The notes beneath the pieces are model-generated. The model made no database searches and had not been told where the DNA came from. It saw only the letters and a list, made by a program, of their open reading frames with translations. The position numbers and the translations under genes are program-made. A DNA stretch of 64,000 bases, from the NCBI GenBank assembly GCA_963701965.1, contig OY969695.1, positions 1,888,001-1,952,000 of the forward strand, written 5' to 3'. Shown here one piece after another: positions 37,978 to 48,435 of this stretch (its first letter is position 1; every line of letters begins with the position of its first letter). Source of the DNA: an uncultured Gemmatimonadales bacterium. GTDB taxonomy: Bacteria; Gemmatimonadota; Gemmatimonadetes; Gemmatimonadales; Gemmatimonadaceae.

Positions 37978-39003
37978 ATGGGGCAGACTCGAGAGCACGT
38001 CACTTTTCAGATCAACCTCGCGCCGGCGGATTTCCCGCATGCGCGGCACACGCTGCCCCATCAGCTGCGGCAGTGGGCGGGCCAAGTCGACGAAGTCCTG
38101 CTCGTCACCGACCTCCACCGTGTGCGCCATGGGCACTTCGGCGAAGCGTGGCATGAACGCCGCGCGCCGCTCGCCGAGCTCATCTCGGACTGCGCCGCGC
38201 AATATCCGAACGTGCGGGCGTGCGACGTCGACTACGGGACCGACGCCACGCGACGCGTGTCCGAGGCATTTTTCCACGGGCGTCCCGTTCCCGCCAAGGA
38301 TCTGCGCGGCGCCCCGATTTATCCCTACTATTTCGGGCTCGACGCCGCCACGCATGACGTCGTCATCCACATTGACTCCGACATGATGTTCGGCGGAGGC
38401 AGTCGCACGTGGGTCGCCGAGGCCCTGGCGTTGTTCGCGGCGGACCGTAACGTGTTGACCTGTTCTCCACTCGCCGGTCCGCCGACGCGCGACGGCACGC
38501 TGCCGGCCCAGCCGGCCGCGCTGCGTTACGCCGGAGCGCCGGGGGCTTTCCGGTTCAGTTGGTTCAGCACGCGCATCTTCGCCCTGTCGAAACGCCGGTT
38601 CGCCGAGCGCATCGAGGGCGTCCTGCCGCGCCGCCCCGACTTCCGGGGCACGGTGCGCGCACTGCTGCAGGGCAACCCCACGGCCGATCTCGCTGAAAAC
38701 GTGTTGTCCGACGCCATGGTCGGGGCCAACATGTATCGCGTCGACTTCCTGGGCACCGGCCCCGGCATGTGGTCGTTGCACCCGCCGTTCCGATCGCCGG
38801 CCTTCTATGAGCAACTGCCGACCCTGATCGCGCGCATCGAGTCCGGCGACGTTCCCGAGGGCCAGCGCGGCTGCTACGACATCAACGATTCCCTGTTCGA
38901 CTGGAGCGCGGCACGCGCCGCCAAACGCCGCAAACCCTGGTGGGTGCGGCTTGGACTCTGGGCGACGGGCAACCCGTATCGCGTGCCTGGGGACGTCCAC
39001 TAG
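37978..39003 (+). CDS. putative GT-A fold glycosyltransferase
   Basis: VDEVLLVTD, DxD motif in VIHIDSD, WSLHPP; lies within the EPS locus on the opposite strand. Confidence 0.6.
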   Translation: MGQTREHVTFQINLAPADFPHARHTLPHQLRQWAGQVDEVLLVTDLHRVRHGHFGEAWHERRAPLAELISDCAAQYPNVRACDVDYGTDATRRVSEAFFHGRPVPAKDLRGAPIYPYYFGLDAATHDVVIHIDSDMMFGGGSRTWVAEALALFAADRNVLTCSPLAGPPTRDGTLPAQPAALRYAGAPGAFRFSWFSTRIFALSKRRFAERIEGVLPRRPDFRGTVRALLQGNPTADLAENVLSDAMVGANMYRVDFLGTGPGMWSLHPPFRSPAFYEQLPTLIARIESGDVPEGQRGCYDINDSLFDWSAARAAKRRKPWWVRLGLWATGNPYRVPGDVH

Positions 39004-40127
39004 TTCAACGCCGCGTCGTAAAGGTCATCGAGGCGCGCGCTGATCGCGCGCGACTCGTGGAACTCCCGGAATCGTTCGAGCGCCCCCTCGCTCCACTGCT
39101 CGACACGAGCCGGCTCATGGATAAGCACAGTCAAGTGTTGCACGACTTGTTGCGCAAGGGCGTCGAAGGTCTCATTGAGAATTTCCCAGTAGTTCTCCTG
39201 GGTTCGCTGGCCCAGTCCCAGCCAATTCCCCCACTCATCGACCTCGAGCGCCAGCGTAGCGCCGGCCTCAGGCGGCACCAGCTCCGGCATCGCGCACACA
39301 TTGGAGACGAGGGCCGGCGTCCCTACGGAAAAACCCTCGATCACGCTGTAGCCGAATGTGTCGTCGAGGGTCGGTAGCAATTGCACGTGCGCACTCGCCA
39401 TCAGCGCCAAAACGGCCGAATTGTCCAAACGTCCGTGCACGGTCACGGCGGGATGATCAAGCAGTCGCAGATCGGCGGCGTATCGGGCACGGTCGGGATG
39501 ATCCGTATACACCGCGCCGGCCAGGCGAAAACCCGAGACCACATCGAGGTGGACGGGAAGTCCCCGCGCCGTCGCCTGCGCCACGGCCCGTAGCGCGACA
39601 ATGCCGCCCTTACGCGCGAAGTCGTTCCCCACGAACAACAGTCGGAGCGGCGTCGCGGCACGTCGGACCGTGGCGGGGCGCGCGTCGAAGTGCGGGTACA
39701 CGACCGTGACTTTTGCCAGTACGCGGTCCAACGGCGTCCAGCCGCGGTTGGCTTTGACGAGCTTGCCGCGCGCGTAACGCGACATCGCGATCAGCGTACG
39801 ACAGTTGTCCCGCAGCAGGCGTTCGCGCAGGGCGTGGGCGACGGGAGTCCCCAAGGGTCCGAGCGCGCGCGGGAGCACGGACTCGAACGTGGTCAGCCAC
39901 GGTTTGTCGGTGAGTGGAATGGCATTGAACGCGTGCACCAAGTCGTACGGCGCGCCGCGCGGGTGCGGCCAGGAGAGACCCGCGAGCGCCGGCCAGACGC
40001 GTTCGGCGGCCCGCCGCGGATAAAACCGCAGCGGCCGATCCGTCTCCACGATCAGGGCGTGCCGTGATGGCCGCGGCCCATTGGGCCGGACCATCGGGCG
40101 CGTCCCGGTCAGATAGACGGTCGCCAT
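39000..40127 (-). CDS. glycosyltransferase family 4
   Basis: LLFVGNDFARKGG; PTLDDTFGYSVIEGFSVGTPAL. Confidence 0.9.
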   Translation of the reverse strand: MATVYLTGTRPMVRPNGPRPSRHALIVETDRPLRFYPRRAAERVWPALAGLSWPHPRGAPYDLVHAFNAIPLTDKPWLTTFESVLPRALGPLGTPVAHALRERLLRDNCRTLIAMSRYARGKLVKANRGWTPLDRVLAKVTVVYPHFDARPATVRRAATPLRLLFVGNDFARKGGIVALRAVAQATARGLPVHLDVVSGFRLAGAVYTDHPDRARYAADLRLLDHPAVTVHGRLDNSAVLALMASAHVQLLPTLDDTFGYSVIEGFSVGTPALVSNVCAMPELVPPEAGATLALEVDEWGNWLGLGQRTQENYWEILNETFDALAQQVVQHLTVLIHEPARVEQWSEGALERFREFHESRAISARLDDLYDAALN

Positions 40128-40131
40128 GTCA

Positions 40132-41481
40132 TCACGCCGGCATGGTGTACGCGCGGACGCGCGCGTACACGGGCGCCGGAGCCCCCGCTGGAGATCGCAT
40201 GGCTTCGCGCGCCAGGATCATCATGACCAGGAACAATGCGTAGTGCGTTTGCGGCAGCACCGTCTCGCTCAGCATCTCGATGACCGCCCACACGAGCACC
40301 GTGAACGCGCACAAGGCTTCAATGTCGACCGGTCCCTGTGGACCGCGCGGATGGAGACGGCGGAACGCGTGCCGCACACCCGCCATGAAGGCCCAGACAA
40401 AGATGGCGACACCCGCGTAGCCCAGCTCGAGCGCCATCTCAATGTACCCGTTGTGCGCGTGCGGCACGACCCATCCGAGCGCCAGCGCCACATAGGCGGT
40501 ATGCGCCGGCGTCCAGAACGAATCGTACCCGTACCCAATGAACGGGCGCTCCGCGATGTACTTGAACATCTCGGCCCACAGCTCGGTGCGCCCGGTAAGC
40601 GTCGTGACGTCCGCCGTCTCTTGCGATCGACCCATGAGGAGCGCGTGGCGCGCCGAATCCAGCAGACTGGCGCCGAACACCCCGACCGCCAGCACCACGA
40701 TCAGCGACACGAGACCAATCGCCAAAGCGCGACGCTTGGAGACGTTCAGCATGGTGGCGATCGCGAACGCGAGTCCAAGACTGAGGAGGGATGTGCGCGA
40801 TCGCGTCAGCAGCAGCATGACACCGGCGCCGGCGATCGCCCACGAATAGAAGCGACGGCGCGTGGGGTCCAGCCGCATCAGTGTCAGGCCGGACAGAATG
40901 GCCACGGCCGCTTCCTGCGCGTGGTTATTGGGATGCGTGAGGCCGGCCAGGCGATACGTCCCGTCGACCGGATGGAACGCCCCCCGCATGATCTCGAGCC
41001 CGAGCGACGCGCACAGCGTCGCCAGGCAACCGATCAGCGTGAAGAGGAGAATGGTTTCCAGGGACCACGATCGCGCGAGGGCCCACGCCGCATAGCACAA
41101 GGTGAGAAAAACGAAAATGCGGCGGACGGCGAGACCCCGATCGTCGGCCCACAGGACGCTCAGCGTCGCGAGCGCGATGAATGCCACGATGGGGATCCCT
41201 ACGGCGCGGTCACCGCCTTCCCCGCTATCCACCGTCAGCTCGCCGGCCTGCTCGCGCCGGTGCTTGTATCGCACCGCGAGCAACGCGAAGGCCAGGAGTC
41301 CAACCACGGCGAACCGGCGCTCCGAGCGCCCTTCCTCGATACCGGCGCCCGTGCCGGAGATGGCCGCCTTGAGGTCCGTGACGGTCTCCTCGTGGTCGGT
41401 GCGATTGTTGAGATCGTACGGTCCCAGAATGCTGAACAGCGCGAACAGCACCAGGAACGCGGCCCACGGGCGTGTGCGCAT
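40132..41481 (-). CDS. O-antigen ligase/Wzy-type polymerase
   Basis: Many TM helices; HPN, TRSRT, TLTGRTELW, GYGYDSFW, HAHNGY. Confidence 0.9.
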   Translation of the reverse strand: MRTRPWAAFLVLFALFSILGPYDLNNRTDHEETVTDLKAAISGTGAGIEEGRSERRFAVVGLLAFALLAVRYKHRREQAGELTVDSGEGGDRAVGIPIVAFIALATLSVLWADDRGLAVRRIFVFLTLCYAAWALARSWSLETILLFTLIGCLATLCASLGLEIMRGAFHPVDGTYRLAGLTHPNNHAQEAAVAILSGLTLMRLDPTRRRFYSWAIAGAGVMLLLTRSRTSLLSLGLAFAIATMLNVSKRRALAIGLVSLIVVLAVGVFGASLLDSARHALLMGRSQETADVTTLTGRTELWAEMFKYIAERPFIGYGYDSFWTPAHTAYVALALGWVVPHAHNGYIEMALELGYAGVAIFVWAFMAGVRHAFRRLHPRGPQGPVDIEALCAFTVLVWAVIEMLSETVLPQTHYALFLVMMILAREAMRSPAGAPAPVYARVRAYTMPA

Positions 41482-42593
41482 CAGGCCGCCCTGGTCGGCG
41501 CGTTTTGGAACGCTTGCACGATGGATTGGTACGCGGCCTTCGGGTTGAGCGACACATCGAGCGGCATGACGCGGGCCGCTTGCCCGTCGGCGCGGGGCGC
41601 GTGTTGCGAGAGCCAGGTGTACTTGTCGCTCAAGCCCCACGTCTCCACGACGATCACGTTCGGATTCTTGAGCGCGACGTCGAGATACGTGCTGTAGGCG
41701 TTGGCGATCGCCTGATCGCGTGCCGTAGGATCGGCGGGCAGCTTGGCGTCCGTCACGTCCAGTTCCGTAATCAGGATCTTGAGCCCCATGTCGGACACGT
41801 CTTTGAAGAAGCTCGAGATCGCCCGCGCGTTCATCTTGCCCATGTTGTCGCCGTACAAGTGCGCCTGAATGCCGAACGCCTGCACGGGCACGTTCTGGCT
41901 CTTCATTTTGTGCAGCAAGTTGAGCATCGCCGTCCGGCGCGCATCGACGCCCGGAAAATCGTATTCGATGCCGTAGTCGTTGTAGACGAGCAGCGCCGAC
42001 GGGTCGGCCGCACGGGCGGTGTTGAAGGCGAGCGGGATGTAATCCGGCCCGATGAGCGTGAGCCAGGGCGAGTTCCGAAGGCCGTCCGGATTCCGGTCAT
42101 CGGGATTGACCGCCTCGTTGAGCACATCCCACGAATGCAGTTTGCCGGCGTAATGTCCGCACACGTTCTGGATGTGCTGGGTCAGGACCTGACGGGCGTT
42201 CTCCGGCGTGACGTACGACTTGAACCATCCCGGAATCGACTGCCAAAACGCCAACGTGTGGCCGCGCATCTTGAGGCCGTTCGACTCGGCGAACTTGAGC
42301 AGGGCGTCGCCCGGGCCGAAGTTGTAGCGGTCGGGCGATGGGCGCAGCGTGCCCCACTTGAGCTCGGACTCCGGCGTGAGAATGGCGCACTCGCGTACGA
42401 AGGCCTGTTCGTAGGCTGCATCGTTGAGCATCTCGCCGCGCGCGGCTGATCCAAACAGGATGCCTTTGGACGCGGCCACGCCTTTGAGCGTCGGTGCCTG
42501 TAGCAGCGACGACAATGCGGGAAGCCGCCGGCTCACCGCCGCCGTGCCCGCGGCCACGGCCGCCGTTCGCACGAAAGTCCGTCGATCGATCAT
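41481..42593 (-). CDS. GH10 endo-glycanase with Tat signal
   Basis: RRTFV Tat motif; ELKW, RGHTL, WDVLNE (acid/base), YNDY, GIQAH, ITELDV (nucleophile), WGLSD. Confidence 0.92.
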   Translation of the reverse strand: MIDRRTFVRTAAVAAGTAAVSRRLPALSSLLQAPTLKGVAASKGILFGSAARGEMLNDAAYEQAFVRECAILTPESELKWGTLRPSPDRYNFGPGDALLKFAESNGLKMRGHTLAFWQSIPGWFKSYVTPENARQVLTQHIQNVCGHYAGKLHSWDVLNEAVNPDDRNPDGLRNSPWLTLIGPDYIPLAFNTARAADPSALLVYNDYGIEYDFPGVDARRTAMLNLLHKMKSQNVPVQAFGIQAHLYGDNMGKMNARAISSFFKDVSDMGLKILITELDVTDAKLPADPTARDQAIANAYSTYLDVALKNPNVIVVETWGLSDKYTWLSQHAPRADGQAARVMPLDVSLNPKAAYQSIVQAFQNAPTRAA

Positions 42594-43351
42594 GCCTTCC
42601 TCCTGATCCATTCAGAGACAAAGAGCCCGAGCACCGGCCACGGCTCGATGAGATAGCGCCGGGTCAAGCGCCGGGGCTCGGCGGCGAGGCGAAACGCCCA
42701 TTCCAAGGACCACCGCCCGGCCCAGCGCGGTGGCGTCGGCACGGCGCCGGCCACGTAATCCAACGCGGCACCGGCGAGGAGGGTCGCGTTGGCCGTGAGA
42801 TGCCGGCGGTGCGCATGGACCCACAGTTCCTGTCGCGGCATGCCCAATCCCACCATGAGGACGTGGGGCGCGAACCGGGCGATCTCATCGAGGATCGCCG
42901 CGCTGTCCGCGCTGTCGGGCCGTTGGTCGAAATACCCGTGCCGGGCGGCGATCGACAACGTCGGATGGCGCGCCCGGAGCACATCGCAGGCGCGGTCGGC
43001 GACGCCCGGCCGGCCGCCGAGGTAGAACACGCGCCAGCCGGCCTGCGCCGCGGCGGCCATCAGCGCCGGCACCCAGTCGACGTAGGTCACCCGATGGGCG
43101 CGTTGGAGCGGCGCCCCTAGGGCCCGGCCCAGCGGCACGAGTGGCATCCCATCGACGTGGATCACGTCGGCGCTGTCGTAGAACGCGCGCAGCTGGGCAT
43201 CGCGGCGGACCAGCGACACGCTGTTCATGTTGTGGTTCGCGATCACGATGCGGGTGCCCGCGTCGACCGCGCCGGCGATCGCCCGGTTGAGATCGTCGCG
43301 GGTGTAGGCCCCCACGCGGATCCCGAGGAAAGCGTACGGTTCGGGATTCAT
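42590..43351 (-). CDS. WecB/TagA/CpsF family glycosyltransferase
   Basis: VDGMP, FYLGG, VGLGMPRQELW, LEWAFRLAAEPRRLTRRY. Confidence 0.93.
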   Translation of the reverse strand: MNPEPYAFLGIRVGAYTRDDLNRAIAGAVDAGTRIVIANHNMNSVSLVRRDAQLRAFYDSADVIHVDGMPLVPLGRALGAPLQRAHRVTYVDWVPALMAAAAQAGWRVFYLGGRPGVADRACDVLRARHPTLSIAARHGYFDQRPDSADSAAILDEIARFAPHVLMVGLGMPRQELWVHAHRRHLTANATLLAGAALDYVAGAVPTPPRWAGRWSLEWAFRLAAEPRRLTRRYLIEPWPVLGLFVSEWIRRKA

Positions 43352-44532
43352 GACCGCGCCCCCACGGTGGCGTCGACGCGCGCGCAGATCGCGCGCACGC
43401 GGGCCTCCCAACTGTGCCGATGGACCACTTCGTTGCGCCCGTGGGCGCCCATGCGGCTCAGGCGGTCGCGCGAGGCATAGGCGGCGCGCAGGGCCCGGGC
43501 CAGGCCATTGATGTCGCCGGGCGGAAAGAGAAATCCCGACACGCCTTCCACGAGCACGCGCATGGCGTCGGGCACGGCGGACGAGATGACGGGCCGCCCC
43601 ATGGCCATGTACTCGTACAGCTTGAGTGGCGAACGAAACGCCGAGTGTCCCGAGTAACACACGTCGGCGCCGGCGATGAGCGGGGGGACGCCATCCGGCG
43701 CCACCCGTCCCAGGAATTGCACGACATCGGCGATGCCGAGCTTCGATGCCAGGAGTCCCAGCGCCGCGCGGTCGGGCCCATCGCCGGCGATGAGCACGCG
43801 GAGACGCAGGCCGGTGCACGCTTGTACCGCGCGCAGCAGCGTATCGAGACCCTGCCACGGCGCCAGCGATCCGACGAAGAGCACGCTGAACTTGTCGTCG
43901 AACCGCCGCGGACTCACGGTGGTCGGGTCGAACCGTTCGACGTCGACCCCGTTCGGCACGACCGCGATCTTGGACCGCGGCACACCCATCTCCGACTCCA
44001 GCCGGTGGGCCAAGGCCTCGCTGATGGCGACCAACAGCGTGCAGTCGCGGTAGGCGCGTTGCTCGAGACGCCGGGCCACGCCGGTCAGCACCACGCCCGA
44101 GCGCTCTTTGCTGGCCTCCTCGGTCAGGAGTGCGTTGGTCTCCAGGATCCAGGGGATGCCCCGGCGCACAAATGGGCTCCCCAGGGCCTGGAACAACGCA
44201 AAACGCTCGTAGACCCAATCGACCCCTCGCAAAGTCGACCAGGCGCGACGCGCGTGATGGTGGCGGAGTCCGAGGCGCGTCACGTCCGCGGCCAACTGCC
44301 ACGCCTTTCCGCGCCCCAACATGGCCTCGCCATCGCGGGCGACGATGTCCGGCATCTGATCGCCGACAATGTAGGGCGTGACATCCCAACCCAGGCGTTC
44401 GAATCCGCTGATGACGCCCAGCACGTGGGCGCGCGGACCGGCCGCGTCGGACGCGCTCCGCGTGGTCACGCGCGGCGCGCCCGACAGGTAGCCGAGACGG
44501 CGGCCTGTTGGGCCGCCCGCTGGCTCAGACAG
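43348..44532 (-). CDS. glycosyltransferase family 4
   Basis: VVPNGVD, FVGSLAPWQG, SPLKLYEYMAMGRPV. Frame is open upstream of the track start through RLGYLSGAPRV; start (CTG 44532 or GTG 44469) uncertain. Confidence 0.9.
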   Translation of the reverse strand: MSEPAGGPTGRRLGYLSGAPRVTTRSASDAAGPRAHVLGVISGFERLGWDVTPYIVGDQMPDIVARDGEAMLGRGKAWQLAADVTRLGLRHHHARRAWSTLRGVDWVYERFALFQALGSPFVRRGIPWILETNALLTEEASKERSGVVLTGVARRLEQRAYRDCTLLVAISEALAHRLESEMGVPRSKIAVVPNGVDVERFDPTTVSPRRFDDKFSVLFVGSLAPWQGLDTLLRAVQACTGLRLRVLIAGDGPDRAALGLLASKLGIADVVQFLGRVAPDGVPPLIAGADVCYSGHSAFRSPLKLYEYMAMGRPVISSAVPDAMRVLVEGVSGFLFPPGDINGLARALRAAYASRDRLSRMGAHGRNEVVHRHSWEARVRAICARVDATVGARS

Positions 44533-45466
44533 GATGGGTGACTCGATACTCTTCGTAACGTCCTCCCAGCACTCCGGCGATCATCCCGGCACCGCGCCAA
44601 ACGAGCTGGAGCGCGCGCACGAGACGCACCTGGCGCTGACGGCTGAGCAAAGCCAGCGGGGTCAACAGCACGCCCTGCGCCGCGCGGCCCGCGCCGCGCA
44701 GAATCCGCATGGGTCGCGCGACGACGGCGTCCGGCCGGTCGCGATCCACCTGGCCCAGCGTGCTGCCCGAGCGATAGGCGCGGCGCAGCAGCCACGGCAG
44801 GTTGGCGCGGCTGGCGGGGATCCACTCCTGAACGGCGGCATCGTCGGCCCAGATGATCGACGCGCCGCCGGCGCGGACCCGCCGAAAGAACTGGAGATCC
44901 TCGCCGCCCGTGAGGGCGAAACGATCGTCGAACGGTCCGGTCGTATCGAACACCCGGCGCCGCACCAACACGTTGTGCGTGTGAGCGTGGGGAAGCGCGT
45001 GGCCGGTCTGGTAGCGGGGGCGATCGAAGAACCGTCCGTCGCGCACCCAGGCGGGAGGAGACGCCGGGAAATACGGAATCACCGGCCCCGCGACTACGTC
45101 CGCATCGTACTCGGCCTGCACGCGCAACAAGCCTTCGATCCAGCCGCAGTCCGGCACTTCGTCGTCATCGAGCATCGCGATGAAATCGACATCGTCCCCG
45201 GCGGCTTGCACTGCCGAGTTGCGCGCGTACGTGATACCGCGCCGCGCTTCGACGACATAACGCAGGCCGAGCCCAAACTCCCCGGCACGCGCTGCACACG
45301 AGGCGCGCTCCGGCCCCTCAGCGTCGTTGTCGACGACGACGGCGCGCAGCGCCGCGGAGGAGAGACGCTGCGCCCGCAGCCCATTGAGCAGCCGGGCCAG
45401 GCCATCAGGCCGGCCGTAGGTGGCCACGCAGACCGCGACCCGGGTTGGCTCCGCCACGGACGTCAT
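44525..45466 (-). CDS. glycosyltransferase family 2 (ExoM-like)
   Basis: VATYGRP, VVDND, ARN, MLDDDE, TGGED. Confidence 0.92.
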   Translation of the reverse strand: MTSVAEPTRVAVCVATYGRPDGLARLLNGLRAQRLSSAALRAVVVDNDAEGPERASCAARAGEFGLGLRYVVEARRGITYARNSAVQAAGDDVDFIAMLDDDEVPDCGWIEGLLRVQAEYDADVVAGPVIPYFPASPPAWVRDGRFFDRPRYQTGHALPHAHTHNVLVRRRVFDTTGPFDDRFALTGGEDLQFFRRVRAGGASIIWADDAAVQEWIPASRANLPWLLRRAYRSGSTLGQVDRDRPDAVVARPMRILRGAGRAAQGVLLTPLALLSRQRQVRLVRALQLVWRGAGMIAGVLGGRYEEYRVTHPV

Positions 45467-46779
45467 GGCGCCATCACCGTCGGCTCGCTCGGCGCGGGTG
45501 TCTCGGCCGGCGGGGGCTGCGGGACGCCGCCGCGATCGCGCAGGCGCCAGATCAAGAGCCAGAGGGCGATCGCCAGCAGTCCGTCGCAAAAGAGACTGGA
45601 CCACGCCGCGCCGCGCCACGAGTAATGGATGATCAGCGGGAAATTGATGCCGATGTTGATCGCGGCCACGACCACTTGGAGCGTCGTCCGGGTGCCCTGG
45701 AACCCGGCGCCGGTGAGCGCGTCGGCCGCCGAATATTGGATCGACTTGAGCACCGGCAGCAGCGAGAGCCAACGGACGGCGGGGGCCGCCTGGTCGAAGT
45801 CGTGGCCGAGCAAGTGGGGCAGGATCGGCGCGGTGAGCCACATGATGGCGCCGGCCATCGCGCCATACGCCAGCGCGGGCGGGAGCAGCTGCCGCGCCAC
45901 ACGGACACTGGACCGGACGCCCGCGGCGCCGTGTTTGAAGAACCGCGGATACGCGGCTTGTCCCAGCGACCGGATGGGGACGAGCACGACGTCAATGACG
46001 CGATAGGCCGCGCCGTAGATGCCGGTGGCCGACAGGGCCGGCGCCAGGCGGCCCAGCATCACCTTGTCGATATCGTTATAGATGTTCTGTGCCGAGATGC
46101 CGGCCGCGAAGTAAAACCCATCGCGCACGTCGCGCGACGTGAACGTGAGCGCCAGGCGCGGCCGCCCCAACTCCCGGGACGTGAGCCAGAGCGCGGTGGC
46201 GGTGCTCAAGGCCGTGCACGTCAGATAGTAGTAGCCCCAGCGGCCCGCGGTGTGCGGCCCGGGCGCGGCGACGAACACCATGGCCGCGAGCAGCCGCAGA
46301 AACGTCGTCACAATGGGCAGCTGGGCCGTGCGCGACATCCGCTCCTGCGCCTGATACGCCTGCCCGCACAGGTAGAGCACCGTGGCGAAGATGAGATCCA
46401 ATGTGGCCACGCAAATGACCAGCGACGTGGCGACGGTGGCCGGGAGGAAGGCGCGTCCGGCCAGGGCCGCCGCGCCCACCGAGCACGTGCCGGCGATGAC
46501 CGTCATGGTCAGCGCGCCGCCCCAATAGTGGTCGAACGCCTCGCGGCGGCGGGCGACGTGTTGGATGAGCACGTTGCCGGCGCCGAGACCGGCCAGCGGC
46601 GCCACGAGTTGGCTGAGCGCGGTCGCGGCGATGAATGCGCCCAGACCGTTCGCGCCCAGGGTCTTGGCGATCACGACGAAATAGGCGGCCTGGAGGACCT
46701 TGAGTCCGCCCTGGCCGATCCCTAACCAGATCGCGTTGCGGGCGACGAGGCTGTGCCGCAAGCGCGTCCACGGAACCAC
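45463..46779 (-). CDS. Wzx flippase
   Basis: About 12 TM helices; ARNAIW, IYNDIDKVML, GIYGAAYR. Confidence 0.9.
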   Translation of the reverse strand: MVPWTRLRHSLVARNAIWLGIGQGGLKVLQAAYFVVIAKTLGANGLGAFIAATALSQLVAPLAGLGAGNVLIQHVARRREAFDHYWGGALTMTVIAGTCSVGAAALAGRAFLPATVATSLVICVATLDLIFATVLYLCGQAYQAQERMSRTAQLPIVTTFLRLLAAMVFVAAPGPHTAGRWGYYYLTCTALSTATALWLTSRELGRPRLALTFTSRDVRDGFYFAAGISAQNIYNDIDKVMLGRLAPALSATGIYGAAYRVIDVVLVPIRSLGQAAYPRFFKHGAAGVRSSVRVARQLLPPALAYGAMAGAIMWLTAPILPHLLGHDFDQAAPAVRWLSLLPVLKSIQYSAADALTGAGFQGTRTTLQVVVAAINIGINFPLIIHYSWRGAAWSSLFCDGLLAIALWLLIWRLRDRGGVPQPPPAETPAPSEPTVMAP

Positions 46780-46781
46780 CG

Positions 46782-48416
46782 TTAGGCCGCTCCGCGGCCT
46801 TTGAGCACGGCGGGCACTGTCATCGCCAGGATCTTGAGGTCCAGGCCGAGCGACCATCGATCAATGTATTGCAGGTCGAGCGCGACCCAGCGGGAGAACG
46901 ACACGTCGCTGCGGCCGCTCACTTGCCAGAGACCGGTGACGCCCGGCCGCACGCTGAACCGGCGCATCAGCCAGGACTCGCTGAAGCGGTGCACGTCGCG
47001 CATCGGGAGCGGCCGCGGCCCGACCAGGGACATGTCGCCGCGCAGCACGTTGAAGAGCTGCGGCAGCTCGTCGAGCGATGTCTTGCGTAAGAATCGTCCG
47101 ACCCGCGTGATGCGCGGGTCATTCCGGATCTTGAACACCGGCCCCGCCGCCTCGTTCTGGTCCTCCAGCGTGGCCTGCAGCGCTTCGGCGCCGGTGACCA
47201 TCGTCCGGAACTTGTACATGCGGAAGCGCCGCTTGTTGAAGCCGTAGCGCTCCTGCGCGAAGATGATCTGGCCCTTGCTGTCGCACCGCACGGCGACCGC
47301 GATCGCCAGCAGCAGCGGCGAGAGCGCGATCAACATCAGCGCCGACAACACGAAGTCGATCGCCCGCTTGACGACGAGTCGCGCATCATTGGCCACCATG
47401 TGCATGCGCACGATCGGGAAGCGGCCGGTCTGCTCGAACGTGGGGCGGGCCAGCGAAGACTGGAAGATGTCGGCGAGATAGGCGGCCCGGACGCCGAGGC
47501 GCTCGCACAGCGCGATGGTCTCCTGGATCTGGTCGTAGCAGGATTTGATCGGCAGCGTGATCAACACGTCGTCGATCACGTGGCCCATGAGGATGCCTTC
47601 GAGCTGATCGAGCGATCCCAGCATGCGGCTCGCCACTTCGTCCGGCGGCCGCTGGTCCCACGCGCTGTCGACGAAGCCCTGCACACGCACGCCATCGTCC
47701 CGATGGTTGGCGATCTCGTGATACAACCGCTGGGCGCGGGGTCCGCTGCCGACGATGAGGACGTGACGCTCCTCGACCTTCAATGTCGGCGCCTTGGCGA
47801 CGATCCACGCGAACGCGCGCAGCGTCACCAGCGCGGCGACCATGGCCAGCACGAAGTATGAGACCGTGGCCGCCCCGAACGCGCCGGTGCGGGACGCCAG
47901 CGGGAACATGATGACGGGCGCCATGCCGACGAGGCACGCCGCGATGAGGCGCAGCACGTAGCCGGCGGGCTCGGCGAACCGTCGCTCGTCGTACATCCCG
48001 AACGCGCCCAGACTCACTTGCATCGCCATCCCGAACAACGCCAGCAGGAGGACGTTCTTGACCGTGATGCGCTGCTGGAGGAAGGGTTCCAGCCCCTTGG
48101 CGCCCGCTTGATCGGCGTTCATCAGGAGGAATACGCCGAACAGTGTCGCCATGACGACGATGATGTCGACGTAGCGGTACGCGCGCAGGAACGCCGACGC
48201 GCGGCGCCACGGGCGCGTGTGCGATTCGAGCCGGCGGCGCGCGCCGGTCCCGTCGGCGTCGGTGGCGGCAGCGACCCGATTGGGGACGATGACCGGTGAG
48301 CCATAGGCGGGGCTGCCATTCCGGGCCGCGCCCGATCCCCCGGAGTATCTCCGGTGGGATCCACTGTCTCTCACGGGCGTAGTCTTGCCCACTCCCCCGT
48401 CGGCCCTGACAATCAT
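46782..48416 (-). CDS. priming polyprenyl-phosphate glycosylphosphotransferase (WcaJ/WbaP-like)
   Basis: N-terminal TMs, VLIVGSG, KRAIDF, FKIRNDPRITRVG, SLDELPQ, GDMSLVGPRP, PGVTGLWQ. Start uncertain. Confidence 0.95.
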   Translation of the reverse strand: MIVRADGGVGKTTPVRDSGSHRRYSGGSGAARNGSPAYGSPVIVPNRVAAATDADGTGARRRLESHTRPWRRASAFLRAYRYVDIIVVMATLFGVFLLMNADQAGAKGLEPFLQQRITVKNVLLLALFGMAMQVSLGAFGMYDERRFAEPAGYVLRLIAACLVGMAPVIMFPLASRTGAFGAATVSYFVLAMVAALVTLRAFAWIVAKAPTLKVEERHVLIVGSGPRAQRLYHEIANHRDDGVRVQGFVDSAWDQRPPDEVASRMLGSLDQLEGILMGHVIDDVLITLPIKSCYDQIQETIALCERLGVRAAYLADIFQSSLARPTFEQTGRFPIVRMHMVANDARLVVKRAIDFVLSALMLIALSPLLLAIAVAVRCDSKGQIIFAQERYGFNKRRFRMYKFRTMVTGAEALQATLEDQNEAAGPVFKIRNDPRITRVGRFLRKTSLDELPQLFNVLRGDMSLVGPRPLPMRDVHRFSESWLMRRFSVRPGVTGLWQVSGRSDVSFSRWVALDLQYIDRWSLGLDLKILAMTVPAVLKGRGAA

Positions 48417-48435
48417 GCTATGCCTATTCCTACGG

